Shown here piece by piece: positions 23,506-32,000 of a stretch of 32,000 nucleotides of DNA (positions within the stretch are counted from its first letter, which is position 1; each line of letters starts with the position of its first letter). The position numbers were made by a program, and so were the translations under genes. The notes under the pieces were generated by a model that saw only the letters and a program-made list of their open reading frames with translations, had not been told where the DNA came from and ran no database searches. The DNA comes from Desulfotalea psychrophila LSv54 (GTDB lineage: Bacteria; Desulfobacterota; Desulfobulbia; Desulfobulbales; Desulfocapsaceae): assembly GCF_000025945.1 (NCBI RefSeq), contig NC_006138.1, forward strand, positions 1,050,001 to 1,082,000, written 5' to 3'.

Positions 23506-23685
23506 AATAGGACTCTCTCTGGTTAGGTTGTTGCAGTGGAAAACAGGGATTCTGGGTAATCAGAATAAAGACGATAAGACTTGTGGGAACAATGAATGCT
23601 ATTATAGTGTTTCTTTAAGTTCAAGAATAAAATCAGATCCTTTGCTCCATATTTAATGTGATAATTTAAATTTTTAGAGGAAATT

Positions 23686-25692
23686 ATGAAAGATTTTTCA
23701 ATTAAACAGAAGTTGGTTTTTGCCTTTGCCGCAACATCTCTTATTTCGATTATTATATTATCTTCTTTTTTAATCTACAACATTAAAAATAATGCCGTAA
23801 ATTCATTTGTCTCTGCGACTAATCGTGAGCTTGAACAGATAGATAATGGGTTTAAATTTTTTATAGAGGGCGTTGCCACAAGTATAAGGGCAATAAGTAG
23901 TAATAATCTTGTGCGTAATCTCGATGTAAGGTTACCAAATTATACAGAAACCACGGTAAAAAAGCAGGTTAATCTTAATGTGCTGGACCCAAGAGCTGTG
24001 GCAATACATGAGCTCTTTAGGCAGTCGGAGCAGGCTGATGGGGCCTATCTTGAGGCTTTTATGGGGACCCAGTATGGTGGCTTTGCCTCTTCTTCGCTCG
24101 GTGTTCCTGCTGCTTTTGATCCCAGGCAGAGGGGGTGGTATCGTGAAGCCCTTGCCAAAAATGAGGTCTGTGTGACGCCAGCATATATGTCTGTTATAAC
24201 TCAAAAAGCTGTTTTTAGTCTGGCTGGGCCGATTAAAAATATGTCTGGGCAAACCGTAGGAGCTGTAGGGATTGATGTCTCCCTCTCTGTTATGACAGAT
24301 CTTATACACCAGATGAAAATAGGAAAAACTGGTTTTGTTGTTCTGCTTCAGGGTGATGGAGTTGTTCTTGCCAATCCTCAACATCCAGAACAGAATTTTA
24401 AAGCGATTCGGGATCTTAATTTGCCCGGTTACAGGGAAATATTTACCATGAGCAACGGCTCTATGGAGCTTGAAGAGAGTGGAGAGACATTTTTGGCAAC
24501 GGTCTATACATCTCCTCAGCTTGGATATAAGTTTGTGGGAATGATTGCTAAATCTGAGGTGATGGCGGAGTCTAAGGGCCTTACAAATATTCTCATTGCT
24601 ATCTCCCTGTTTTTGGTTGGTCTCTTTGTTGTGTTGGGGTTTTTCCTGGCAGGATCAATTATTAAACCAATCTCTTATACCGCAGCTATGTTGAAAGATA
24701 TTGCTCAGGGTGAGGGTGATTTAACCATGCGCCTGCAAATTAAGAACAAGGATGAGATGGGGGAACTTGCCCACTGGTTCAATGCATTTGTGGAGCACCT
24801 GCAAAAAATTATAGGTCAAATTAAAGAGAACAGTGATGGTGTAAATGTCGCGGCAGAAGGTTTGACGGGCATATCAGTAGAACTCACAGGGAGCGCTAAA
24901 GACACCACTCTGCGTTCTAGTAATGTTGCCTCTGCCGCTGAAGAGATGAACATTAATCTCAACAATGTGGCGGCAGCCATGGAGCAATCGGCAACTAATA
25001 CAGCCATGGTTGCTTCCGCTGCCGAACAGATGACTGCCACCATTAATGAAATTGCCCAGAATGCAGAAAGCGCCAGGGCTATATCAGATAGTGCCGTTCA
25101 ACAGTCAACTCAGGCCTCCACCAGAATGGAGGAGCTTAACGCTTCAGCCGTTGCTATTGGTAAGGTAACAGAAACTATCACCGAGATTTCTGAACAGACG
25201 AATCTTCTTGCCCTGAATGCAACTATTGAGGCTGCCCGAGCGGGTGAAGCGGGCAAGGGCTTTGCCGTGGTTGCCAATGAGATTAAGGAGTTGGCCAAGC
25301 AAACTGCCGCTGCAACCCTCAATATCAAGCTACAGATTGAGGATGTGCAGAACACGACCTCGGTCACGGCAGTGGAGATTGGTGATGTCTCCAGGGTCAT
25401 CGAGAAGGTCAATGAAACTGTTGGTGCTATTGCCACGGCTGTGGAAGAGCAGTCGGCGGCAACCAGAGAAATTGCCGATAATATCTTCCAGGCATCTGAA
25501 GGTATTGAGGCTGTTAATGTGAATGTGAGTCAAAGCTCTGCTGGTTCAGGTGAGATTACAGAAAATATCACCCTGGTGAATAGCGATGCAGAGGGTATTG
25601 CCGGGCTGAGTGTCAACGTTGCCGGTAGTGCTCAACAACTCGAAGAGATGGCCCATGAGTTAAATGAAATTGTTGGCAAATTTAAAATATAA
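23686..25692 (+). CDS. methyl-accepting chemotaxis protein with a periplasmic Cache-type sensor (paralog 1)
   Basis: 668 aa: TM1, a Cache-like region (GWYREA...TPAYMS...VGIDVSL), TM2, HAMP. The conserved signalling hairpin is [35 protein letters not shown]. Confidence 0.93.
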   Translation: MKDFSIKQKLVFAFAATSLISIIILSSFLIYNIKNNAVNSFVSATNRELEQIDNGFKFFIEGVATSIRAISSNNLVRNLDVRLPNYTETTVKKQVNLNVLDPRAVAIHELFRQSEQADGAYLEAFMGTQYGGFASSSLGVPAAFDPRQRGWYREALAKNEVCVTPAYMSVITQKAVFSLAGPIKNMSGQTVGAVGIDVSLSVMTDLIHQMKIGKTGFVVLLQGDGVVLANPQHPEQNFKAIRDLNLPGYREIFTMSNGSMELEESGETFLATVYTSPQLGYKFVGMIAKSEVMAESKGLTNILIAISLFLVGLFVVLGFFLAGSIIKPISYTAAMLKDIAQGEGDLTMRLQIKNKDEMGELAHWFNAFVEHLQKIIGQIKENSDGVNVAAEGLTGISVELTGSAKDTTLRSSNVASAAEEMNINLNNVAAAMEQSATNTAMVASAAEQMTATINEIAQNAESARAISDSAVQQSTQASTRMEELNASAVAIGKVTETITEISEQTNLLALNATIEAARAGEAGKGFAVVANEIKELAKQTAAATLNIKLQIEDVQNTTSVTAVEIGDVSRVIEKVNETVGAIATAVEEQSAATREIADNIFQASEGIEAVNVNVSQSSAGSGEITENITLVNSDAEGIAGLSVNVAGSAQQLEEMAHELNEIVGKFKI

Positions 25693-26037
25693 GAGAAGAA
25701 AAAAATCCTTGGAGGTAGTGCCTGTAGCGTCTTTGCTATAGGTGCTTGCCAACTCTGTTAAAAAAAGAGTAAGCTGTTGTTCATTATTTGTCGTCAAACT
25801 TTTTTTAACCTCTTTCCATGGGTAAAGGTAAGTCTTGGCAGATAGTTTATGAAAAATATATTTGAGTTGGTGGTTAGGCTTTTGCGGTTAGGAAAAAAAG
25901 ACTCATTATGGAGGATAATAGGGTCGATTAAATAAGTGGGCGAATGAATGTTATTGTGGTAATGCGTTCGATTCAAGAAGAAAATCAGGTCGTTTGCTCC
26001 ATGTTTAATGTGATAATTTAAATTTTTAGAGGAAATT

Positions 26038-28059
26038 ATGAAAGATTTTTCGATCAAACAAAAGCTGGTTTTTGCTTTTGCTGCAACATCCCTTATTCCG
26101 ATTCTTATATTATCGTCTTTTTTGGTCTACAATATTAAAAAGAATGCCGTAAATTCATTTGTTTCTGCGACTAATCGTGAGCTCCAACAGATAGACAATG
26201 GCTTTAATTTTTTTATAGATGGCGTTGGCACAAGTTTAAAGGCTGTACGTACTAATCATCTTGTTCGTAATCTTGATGAAATCCTGCCCAATTACACTCA
26301 GACTACAATAAAAAAGCAGATTAATCTCAATGCCCTTGGCCAGACAGCTGTTGAAACGCATGCGCTTTTTGAGCAATTAGAGCAGGCCAATAGCACCTAC
26401 CTTGAGGTCTATATGGGCACTCAATATGGTGGTTACGCCTCTTCATCGCTTAATGCTATGCCTGCAGGTTTTGATCCCAGACAGAGGGGGTGGTATCGTG
26501 ATGCCATTGCTAAAAATGAGGTTTTTGTTACGCCTGCATATATGACTATCTCCACCCAAGAGGCCGTTTTTAGTCTGGTGGGGCCGATTCAGGATATGTC
26601 GGGTCAAACTGTTGGTGTTGCCGGTATTGATGTTTCTCTCTCTGCCATGACTGATCTGATTAATAAGATGAAAATAGGAAAAACTGGTTTTGTTGTTCTG
26701 GTTCAGGGCGATGGTGTTGTTCTTGCCAATCCTCAACATCCAGATCAAAATTTTAAAGAGATTCGGGATCTTAATTTGCCCGCATACCGGGAACTTTCCA
26801 CCATGAGCAGTGGCTCTATGGAGCTTGAAGAGAGTGGAGAGACATTTCTGGCAACGGTCTATACATCTCCTCAGCTTGGATATAAGTTTGTGGGAATGAT
26901 TGCTAAGTCTGAGGTGATGGAGGAGGCTAAGGGCCTTACAAATATTCTCATTGCTATCTCCCTGTTTCTGATTGGTCTCTTTGTTGTGTTGGGGTTTTTC
27001 CTGGCAGGATCAATTATTAAACCAATCTCTTATACCGCAGCTATGTTGAAAGATATTGCTCAGGGTGAGGGTGATTTAACCATGCGCCTGCAAATTAAGA
27101 ACAAGGATGAGATGGGGGAACTTGCCCACTGGTTCAATGCATTTGTGGAGCACCTGCAAAAAATTATAGGTCAAATTATAGGTCAAATTAAAGAGAACAG
27201 TGATGGTGTAAATGTCGCGGCAGAAGGTTTGACGGGCATATCAGTAGAACTCACAGGGAGCGCTAAAGACACCACTCTGCGTTCTAGTAATGTTGCCTCT
27301 GCCGCTGAAGAGATGAACATTAATCTCAACAATGTGGCGGCAGCCATGGAGCAATCGGCAACTAATACAGCCATGGTTGCTTCCGCTGCCGAGGAGATGA
27401 CTGCCACCATTAATGAAATTGCCCAGAATGCAGAAAGCGCCAGGGCTATATCAGATAGTGCCGTTCAACAGTCAACTCAGGCCTCCACCAGAATGGAGGA
27501 GCTTAACGCTTCAGCCGTTGCTATTGGTAAGGTAACAGAAACTATCACCGAGATTTCTGAACAGACGAATCTTCTTGCCCTGAATGCAACTATTGAGGCT
27601 GCCCGGGCGGGTGAAGCGGGCAAGGGCTTTGCCGTGGTTGCCAATGAGATTAAGGAGTTGGCCAAGCAAACTGCCGCTGCAACCCTCAATATCAAGCTAC
27701 AGATTGAGGATGTGCAGAACACGACCTCGGTCACGGCTGTTGAGATCGGAGATGTTTCTAAGGTTATTGAGGAGGTGAATGAAATTGTCGGTGCTATTGC
27801 CACGGCTGTGGAAGAACAGTCGGCGGCAACCAGAGAAATTGCCGATAATATTTTCCAGGCATCTGAAGGTATTGAGGATGTTAATTTGAATGTGAGTCAG
27901 AGTAGTGCTGTCTCAGGTGAGATTACAGAAAATATCACCCTGGTGAATAACGATGCAGAGGGTATTTCCGGGCTGAGTGTCAACATTGCCGGTAGTGCTC
28001 AACAACTCGAAAATATGGCCCACGGGTTGAATCAAATTGTTGGTAAGTTTAAAATCTAA
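26038..28059 (+). CDS. methyl-accepting chemotaxis protein with a periplasmic Cache-type sensor (paralog 2)
   Basis: 673 aa with the same architecture. The roughly 60 bp upstream of the ATG is also duplicated (compare 23630..23685 with 25982..26037). Confidence 0.93.
   Translation: MKDFSIKQKLVFAFAATSLIPILILSSFLVYNIKKNAVNSFVSATNRELQQIDNGFNFFIDGVGTSLKAVRTNHLVRNLDEILPNYTQTTIKKQINLNALGQTAVETHALFEQLEQANSTYLEVYMGTQYGGYASSSLNAMPAGFDPRQRGWYRDAIAKNEVFVTPAYMTISTQEAVFSLVGPIQDMSGQTVGVAGIDVSLSAMTDLINKMKIGKTGFVVLVQGDGVVLANPQHPDQNFKEIRDLNLPAYRELSTMSSGSMELEESGETFLATVYTSPQLGYKFVGMIAKSEVMEEAKGLTNILIAISLFLIGLFVVLGFFLAGSIIKPISYTAAMLKDIAQGEGDLTMRLQIKNKDEMGELAHWFNAFVEHLQKIIGQIIGQIKENSDGVNVAAEGLTGISVELTGSAKDTTLRSSNVASAAEEMNINLNNVAAAMEQSATNTAMVASAAEEMTATINEIAQNAESARAISDSAVQQSTQASTRMEELNASAVAIGKVTETITEISEQTNLLALNATIEAARAGEAGKGFAVVANEIKELAKQTAAATLNIKLQIEDVQNTTSVTAVEIGDVSKVIEEVNEIVGAIATAVEEQSAATREIADNIFQASEGIEDVNLNVSQSSAVSGEITENITLVNNDAEGISGLSVNIAGSAQQLENMAHGLNQIVGKFKI
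27163..27186 (+). repeat. 12-bp in-frame tandem duplication ATTATAGGTCAA x2 in MCP paralog 2
   Basis: Read directly. It gives [13 protein letters not shown], versus KIIGQIKEN at the equivalent place (about 24806..24829) in paralog 1. Confidence 0.85.
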
Positions 28060-28078
28060 GAGAAGAACTTCTGAGCTG

Positions 28079-28115
28079 CAGTAACTACTGTCTGTTGTTA
28101 CTGTGGCTTTTTTTT
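28079..28115 (+). terminator. rho-independent terminator of MCP paralog 2
   Basis: CAGTAAC (28079..28085) / GTTACTG (28097..28103) followed by a T8 run (28108..28115). Confidence 0.65.
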
Positions 28116-28331
28116 GATTTTTGCAGAGCCCCTTCTGTTTTCCTGTGTTTATAGCTAGATTTCACTCTGTTTATCGCCCTTTATCGGGGAGAACGGGAGA
28201 AACCTATTCCCCTGAATTTGCAAGAAAACGTTAATTGTTGTAGACTCGTGCCCTCACATGATGCACTCAGGGGGCCTTTTGGAGGAGATGTTTTTTCTGC
28301 TTGGGCCCTTTATTACCAAGATGGAGGATAC

Positions 28332-29909
28332 ATGAAACAGGGTAGAGGGAAGTACAGTATTGATACAACAGACTATACCATTGGTCAGGACAACATCCAG
28401 AAATGGGGATTTGATGTTCATAATATCGTTTTTGGCGTAAGTGCCGGTTTGATCCTATTGTTTTTGCTTGCCACACTTTTCAGCGATCCACATACTGCAA
28501 AGATGGCGCTAGATGGTGTTAAGTGGAAGATCATAGCGAACTTTGATCTGCTATTTATCTGGTCGGTAAATATTTTTGTCCTGTTTTGCCTTGGTCTTAT
28601 TGTCTCGCCCTATGGGAAAATCCGCCTAGGTGGGGATGATGCTGTGCCTGATTACTCTGTCTGTTCCTGGTTGGCTATGCTTTTTGCCGCTGGCATGGCC
28701 ATTGGTCTTATGTTTTGGAGTGTTGCAGAACCTGTTGCTTACTTTACCGGTTGGTATAAGACACCCCTGAATGTGGTGCCTAATTCGCCTGAGGCTGCCC
28801 GCCTTGCCATGGGTGCCACTATGTTTCATTGGGGACTTCACCCCTGGGCCACCTATGCCGTTGTCGGTCTCTCCCTTGCCTATTTTACCTATAATAAGGG
28901 CTTGCCTCTCTCCATTCGTTCCATCTTTTATCCTATTTTGGGAGAGCGTGCCTGGGGTTGGGCTGGTCATATTGTTGATATTCTCGCTGTTTTGGCAACC
29001 CTCTTTGGTCTTGCTACATCTCTGGGGCTGGGTGCCCAGCAGGCAGCAAGTGGAATTAACAATGTCTTTGGTTTAGAGAACACCATTGGCCTGCAAATTG
29101 GTGTTATTTGTGGTGTTACCTTGCTGGCGACAATATCTGTTGTCCGGGGTATCGAGGGTGGCGTTAAGGTTTTAAGTAATATCAACATGATAATTGCTTT
29201 TTTCTTGCTTGTGGCAGTGATTGTTTTGGGTGGTGGTGTTGTTTTAAAGTCTCTGCCAACAACCATGGGTGCCTATCTGGAAAATATTATTCCACTCAGT
29301 AATCCGCACGGTCGTGAAGATCAGGCTTGGTTTCAGGGTTGGACTGTTTTTTACTGGGCCTGGTGGATCTCTTGGTCACCATGTGTGGGGATGTTTATTG
29401 CGCGGGTCTCCAAGGGGCGAACAATTCGTCAGTTCCTTATAGCAGTACTTATTGTCCCTACTCTCGTAACCTTTGTCTGGATGTCGACCTTTGGCGGAAT
29501 AGCCATTGATCAGGTGGTTAGAGGTGTGGGAGCTTTGGGCACAGAAGGTTTAAAGAGTGTTCCCTTGGCAATGTTTCAGATGTTTGATGTCCTGCCCTTT
29601 AGTAACTTTCTCTCCATCATAGGTATTATTCTGGTTCTGGTCTTTTTTATTACCTCGTCGGATTCCGCCTCTCTGGTCATTGATAGCATTACAGCAGGGG
29701 GTAAGGTGGAAGCCCCGGTCCCACAGCGAGTTTTTTGGGCCTTAACCGAGGGCGCTATTGCTGCAGCTCTGCTCTGGGTTGGTGGCACGGAGGCGATTCA
29801 AGCCCTGCAGGCAGGGGCAATTTGCACTGCCCTGCCCTTCACCGTGATCATTTTATTTATGTGTTTGAGTTTGATTTTAGGACTTCGGACAGAACCGAGA
29901 AAACTGTAA
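28332..29909 (+). CDS. BCCT-family (betaine/carnitine/choline) transporter
   Basis: Hallmark Trp-rich segment WTVFYWAWWISWSPCVGMFIARVSKGRTIRQF, about 12 TM segments. ATG 28332 follows GGAGGA. The ORF-track start at 28218 is a TTG adding 38 non-family residues. Confidence 0.9.
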   Translation: MKQGRGKYSIDTTDYTIGQDNIQKWGFDVHNIVFGVSAGLILLFLLATLFSDPHTAKMALDGVKWKIIANFDLLFIWSVNIFVLFCLGLIVSPYGKIRLGGDDAVPDYSVCSWLAMLFAAGMAIGLMFWSVAEPVAYFTGWYKTPLNVVPNSPEAARLAMGATMFHWGLHPWATYAVVGLSLAYFTYNKGLPLSIRSIFYPILGERAWGWAGHIVDILAVLATLFGLATSLGLGAQQAASGINNVFGLENTIGLQIGVICGVTLLATISVVRGIEGGVKVLSNINMIIAFFLLVAVIVLGGGVVLKSLPTTMGAYLENIIPLSNPHGREDQAWFQGWTVFYWAWWISWSPCVGMFIARVSKGRTIRQFLIAVLIVPTLVTFVWMSTFGGIAIDQVVRGVGALGTEGLKSVPLAMFQMFDVLPFSNFLSIIGIILVLVFFITSSDSASLVIDSITAGGKVEAPVPQRVFWALTEGAIAAALLWVGGTEAIQALQAGAICTALPFTVIILFMCLSLILGLRTEPRKL

Positions 29910-29934
29910 CTGAGTGGGTGCATCCAATCTCTTC

Positions 29935-30654
29935 TTAGAGCCATAGAGTGGAGATTGGTGTTTCGTCAGAGTAGTGGTGGGCAATCTGCGCCTGCAAGAG
30001 CTCTGCCGTGGCAATGGCATCGGTGAGGGCGTGATGCACTTGGTAGTGTGGCAGCCCGTAGCGACTTCTGCTATTTGCTAAGCGGATGGACTCCGGATGT
30101 CGCCCCTTCAACCAGTTCCACAGGCCCCCCCTTTTTTTCTGCTGAATTATGGACTCTATCTGCATGGTATCAATAACGGGAAAAGCGATTCCTTCCCCGA
30201 GCAACTCATGGAGAGCCTTGTCCAGGAATTTTCTCTCTATTTCTCTGTAGTGGACAACCACAATCTTGCCGGCAAGTTCATTGAGTACCTCTTGCCATAC
30301 CTTGCCCAGACCTGGTGCATTGTTGATATCTGAATGGGTAATACCGTGGATAATTACAGAGTCTTCCCCCAGAGGACTATGGGGGTTTATCACCCAGTAA
30401 GCAGCTTTTTTACAGTAAATACGATGGGTGTCAAATGGGATGAGTCCGATGCTGAGAATGCCGTCTTTTTGCAGGTCAAGTCCCGTTGTCTCAAAGTCGA
30501 GGGCAACAAAGGGGATGTCTTGCAGGGGGGTATTCACATCCAGGTTGTAGGCAGAGTAAAATTTTTTCAACCCTGGATCTTTGGCCTTTTTTGCCTTCTC
30601 AGCAAGTATACTGGGCCAGTCACGGGGTCTGCTTTTTTTAAAAGATGGCATCAT
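29935..30654 (-). CDS. DEDDh 3'-5' exonuclease (DnaQ/epsilon-like domain protein)
   Basis: Exo I FVALDFETTGL. An Exo II-like VVVHYREIERKFL. Exo III HHALTDAIATAELL. The ATG (30654..30652) directly abuts the upstream gene's TAA (30657..30655). Confidence 0.85.
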   Translation of the reverse strand: MMPSFKKSRPRDWPSILAEKAKKAKDPGLKKFYSAYNLDVNTPLQDIPFVALDFETTGLDLQKDGILSIGLIPFDTHRIYCKKAAYWVINPHSPLGEDSVIIHGITHSDINNAPGLGKVWQEVLNELAGKIVVVHYREIERKFLDKALHELLGEGIAFPVIDTMQIESIIQQKKRGGLWNWLKGRHPESIRLANSRSRYGLPHYQVHHALTDAIATAELLQAQIAHHYSDETPISTLWL

Positions 30655-32000
30655 TTATTTCAGGCTGTTTTGTTGGTAATGAAATTTAATATAATTTTGG
30701 GCGTTACTTAGTATTTGGAAGGCATCTTTGAGGTTGCGTCGCTCAAAATCAGACATGTTTTCAGGTTCAATATTATTGTCGGCCTCCATCTGTGCTTCGA
30801 TATCATATGCCTGATGGCGTAGACGTACCATGGAGATAAATTCCATTGCATCTCGCAGATCAGCGCCCCGACCCTCTGGTAGTATTCCCGCTTCAATGAT
30901 GTCATCCAGCCTCTCAAAGGAATTTTGGGCAGGTGAGCCGATGGCGAGGGCATGTACTCGAATAAGATCAGCAAGAGGTGCTGTCCCCCGCCGCTTTAGA
31001 TTCATAGAGTTTTTATGTTGACCATCTTTTTCCATAACGAAGGTTTTGAAAAAGCCAAGAGGAGGTGTTCTGCGCAGGGCATTTCTGGCCAGACAGGAGA
31101 GAAAACGTTTATTGTTTCGAGCCTTTCTGGAGATGAATCGATTCAGCTGGTCGGCCCATTTTGTTTGGCCACAAACACCATCGAGGTCGAAGAAAATACA
31201 GCTGTGGAGGAGTGCGAGAGGGTTTGGCGCATCTATCCAATCACCAAAGCACTCTTCCCAGTCACTGCGAGTCTTGCGCCATTCAGGGTTGGTGGCCATG
31301 ATTTCGCCGGCACAGGATTCATAGCCACAGGAGGTGAGGGCATCGCAGATATACTGGGCGAGTTTTTCAAAATACGGACCGTGTTTTTCCGGATTATAGC
31401 TGTCGTCGAGGATAATTGCATTGTCCTGATCGGTAACTATCAGCTGTTCGTCGCGGGCCATGGAACCCATGGTCAGAAAACAGTAGGGGATGGGAGGGTT
31501 ACCTAGTTCCTCTTCAGCCAGTTCAGCAAGGCGCTGGATGAAGCTCCTACCGATAACTGCCATTGCCGTGCCCACCATATGGGAGTTTGCATCTTCGTTG
31601 ACCATTCGGACAAAGCAATCTTTTACCTGGGCAGAGAGGTTGATCAGTTCTTCTCGTGATGATTGGAGGAATATACTGCTGACCAGCAGGAGGCTATTCT
31701 GTGACTCATAACGAACGATGTCGGTGATTTCAATAATGCCGATTGGTGTTTTGTTACGCAGTACTGGCAGGTGATGAATGTTATTACGCAACATGGTCAG
31801 CATTGCCTCAAAGACATAGGCGTTACTGTCTAGGAATATGAGATCCGTCGACATAACCTTGCTGACGGCTGTGTCACTGGAAACTCCTTCGGCAAGTACT
31901 CGGGAGCATAAATCTCTATCGGTGATGATGCCGGCAAAAGGCTCATCATCTTCAGACGTGTTTTCGGGAGGGCTGATAAGTATGGCGGAGACATTCTCTG
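30655..32000 (-). CDS. CBS-domain / DUF294 putative nucleotidyltransferase; the N-terminal part lies beyond the right edge
   Basis: Pol-beta-type NTase motif GSMARDEQLIVTDQDNAIIL. CBS segments (FAGIITDRDLCSRVLAEG; PIGIIEITDIVRY). The reading frame stays open from 31854 to position 32000 with no stop, so the Met at 31854 is internal. Confidence 0.8.
   Translation of the reverse strand, partial: ENVSAILISPPENTSEDDEPFAGIITDRDLCSRVLAEGVSSDTAVSKVMSTDLIFLDSNAYVFEAMLTMLRNNIHHLPVLRNKTPIGIIEITDIVRYESQNSLLLVSSIFLQSSREELINLSAQVKDCFVRMVNEDANSHMVGTAMAVIGRSFIQRLAELAEEELGNPPIPYCFLTMGSMARDEQLIVTDQDNAIILDDSYNPEKHGPYFEKLAQYICDALTSCGYESCAGEIMATNPEWRKTRSDWEECFGDWIDAPNPLALLHSCIFFDLDGVCGQTKWADQLNRFISRKARNNKRFLSCLARNALRRTPPLGFFKTFVMEKDGQHKNSMNLKRRGTAPLADLIRVHALAIGSPAQNSFERLDDIIEAGILPEGRGADLRDAMEFISMVRLRHQAYDIEAQMEADNNIEPENMSDFERRNLKDAFQILSNAQNYIKFHYQQNSLK

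Noticed and set aside
23537-23552. Sigma-54-like TGGTTAGGTTGTTGCA upstream of MCP paralog 1
   Set aside because: The GG/GC spacing is right, but the -24 hexamer is poor (TGGTTA). It is absent from the duplicated promoter region of paralog 2, and there is no nearby enhancer motif.
25794-26057. 87-aa minus-strand ORF overlapping the start of MCP paralog 2
   Set aside because: It overlaps the duplicated MCP promoter and start codon. It is AT-rich and low-complexity, with no family signal.

Overview
Chromosomal window with about 30 genes. It is roughly mid-40s % GC by eye. It looks like an anaerobic, sigma-54-using Desulfobacterota-type bacterium, but that is inference only. No rRNA, tRNA, CRISPR array or intact mobile element was seen.

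Left part (1-3.9 kb): the first codons of a DEAD-box helicase and a beta-carbonic anhydrase. These are followed by a decayed divergent gene pair: an Fe-ADH pseudogene with two frameshifts and an HxlR regulator with an in-frame TGA.

3.9-7.4 kb: a thiol-redox/metalloid cluster of ArsR, an ArsP-like permease, a small Trx-fold protein, a DGC-domain protein, a secreted thioredoxin and CcdA.

7.5-16 kb is the most striking locus. Three tandem, closely related AdhB-type iron alcohol dehydrogenase genes each carry their own consensus sigma-54 promoter. Each also has a conserved pair of 17-bp dyads exactly 31 bp apart about 160-200 bp upstream; copies 2 and 3 have rho-independent terminators with a shared stem core, while none is visible after copy 1. 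The array sits directly downstream of a translationally coupled operon. That operon encodes a fourth, divergent Fe-ADH, a soluble Cys-rich PAS histidine kinase and an NtrC-type sigma-54 activator. I read this as a self-contained alcohol/aldehyde-responsive regulon with an amplified target gene.

Right part: a HAAAP amino-acid permease and a membrane-anchored IscU-like protein lying tail-to-tail with feoAB. Next come two paralogous 38-codon mini-genes (or sRNAs), each with its own terminator, upstream of feoA. Then follow a cspA-type gene, an MBL-fold hydrolase and two tandem Cache-MCP paralogs that share a gene-conversion-like tract and differ by a 12-bp in-frame duplication. The window ends with a BCCT transporter and a translationally coupled DUF294 nucleotidyltransferase / DEDDh exonuclease pair.
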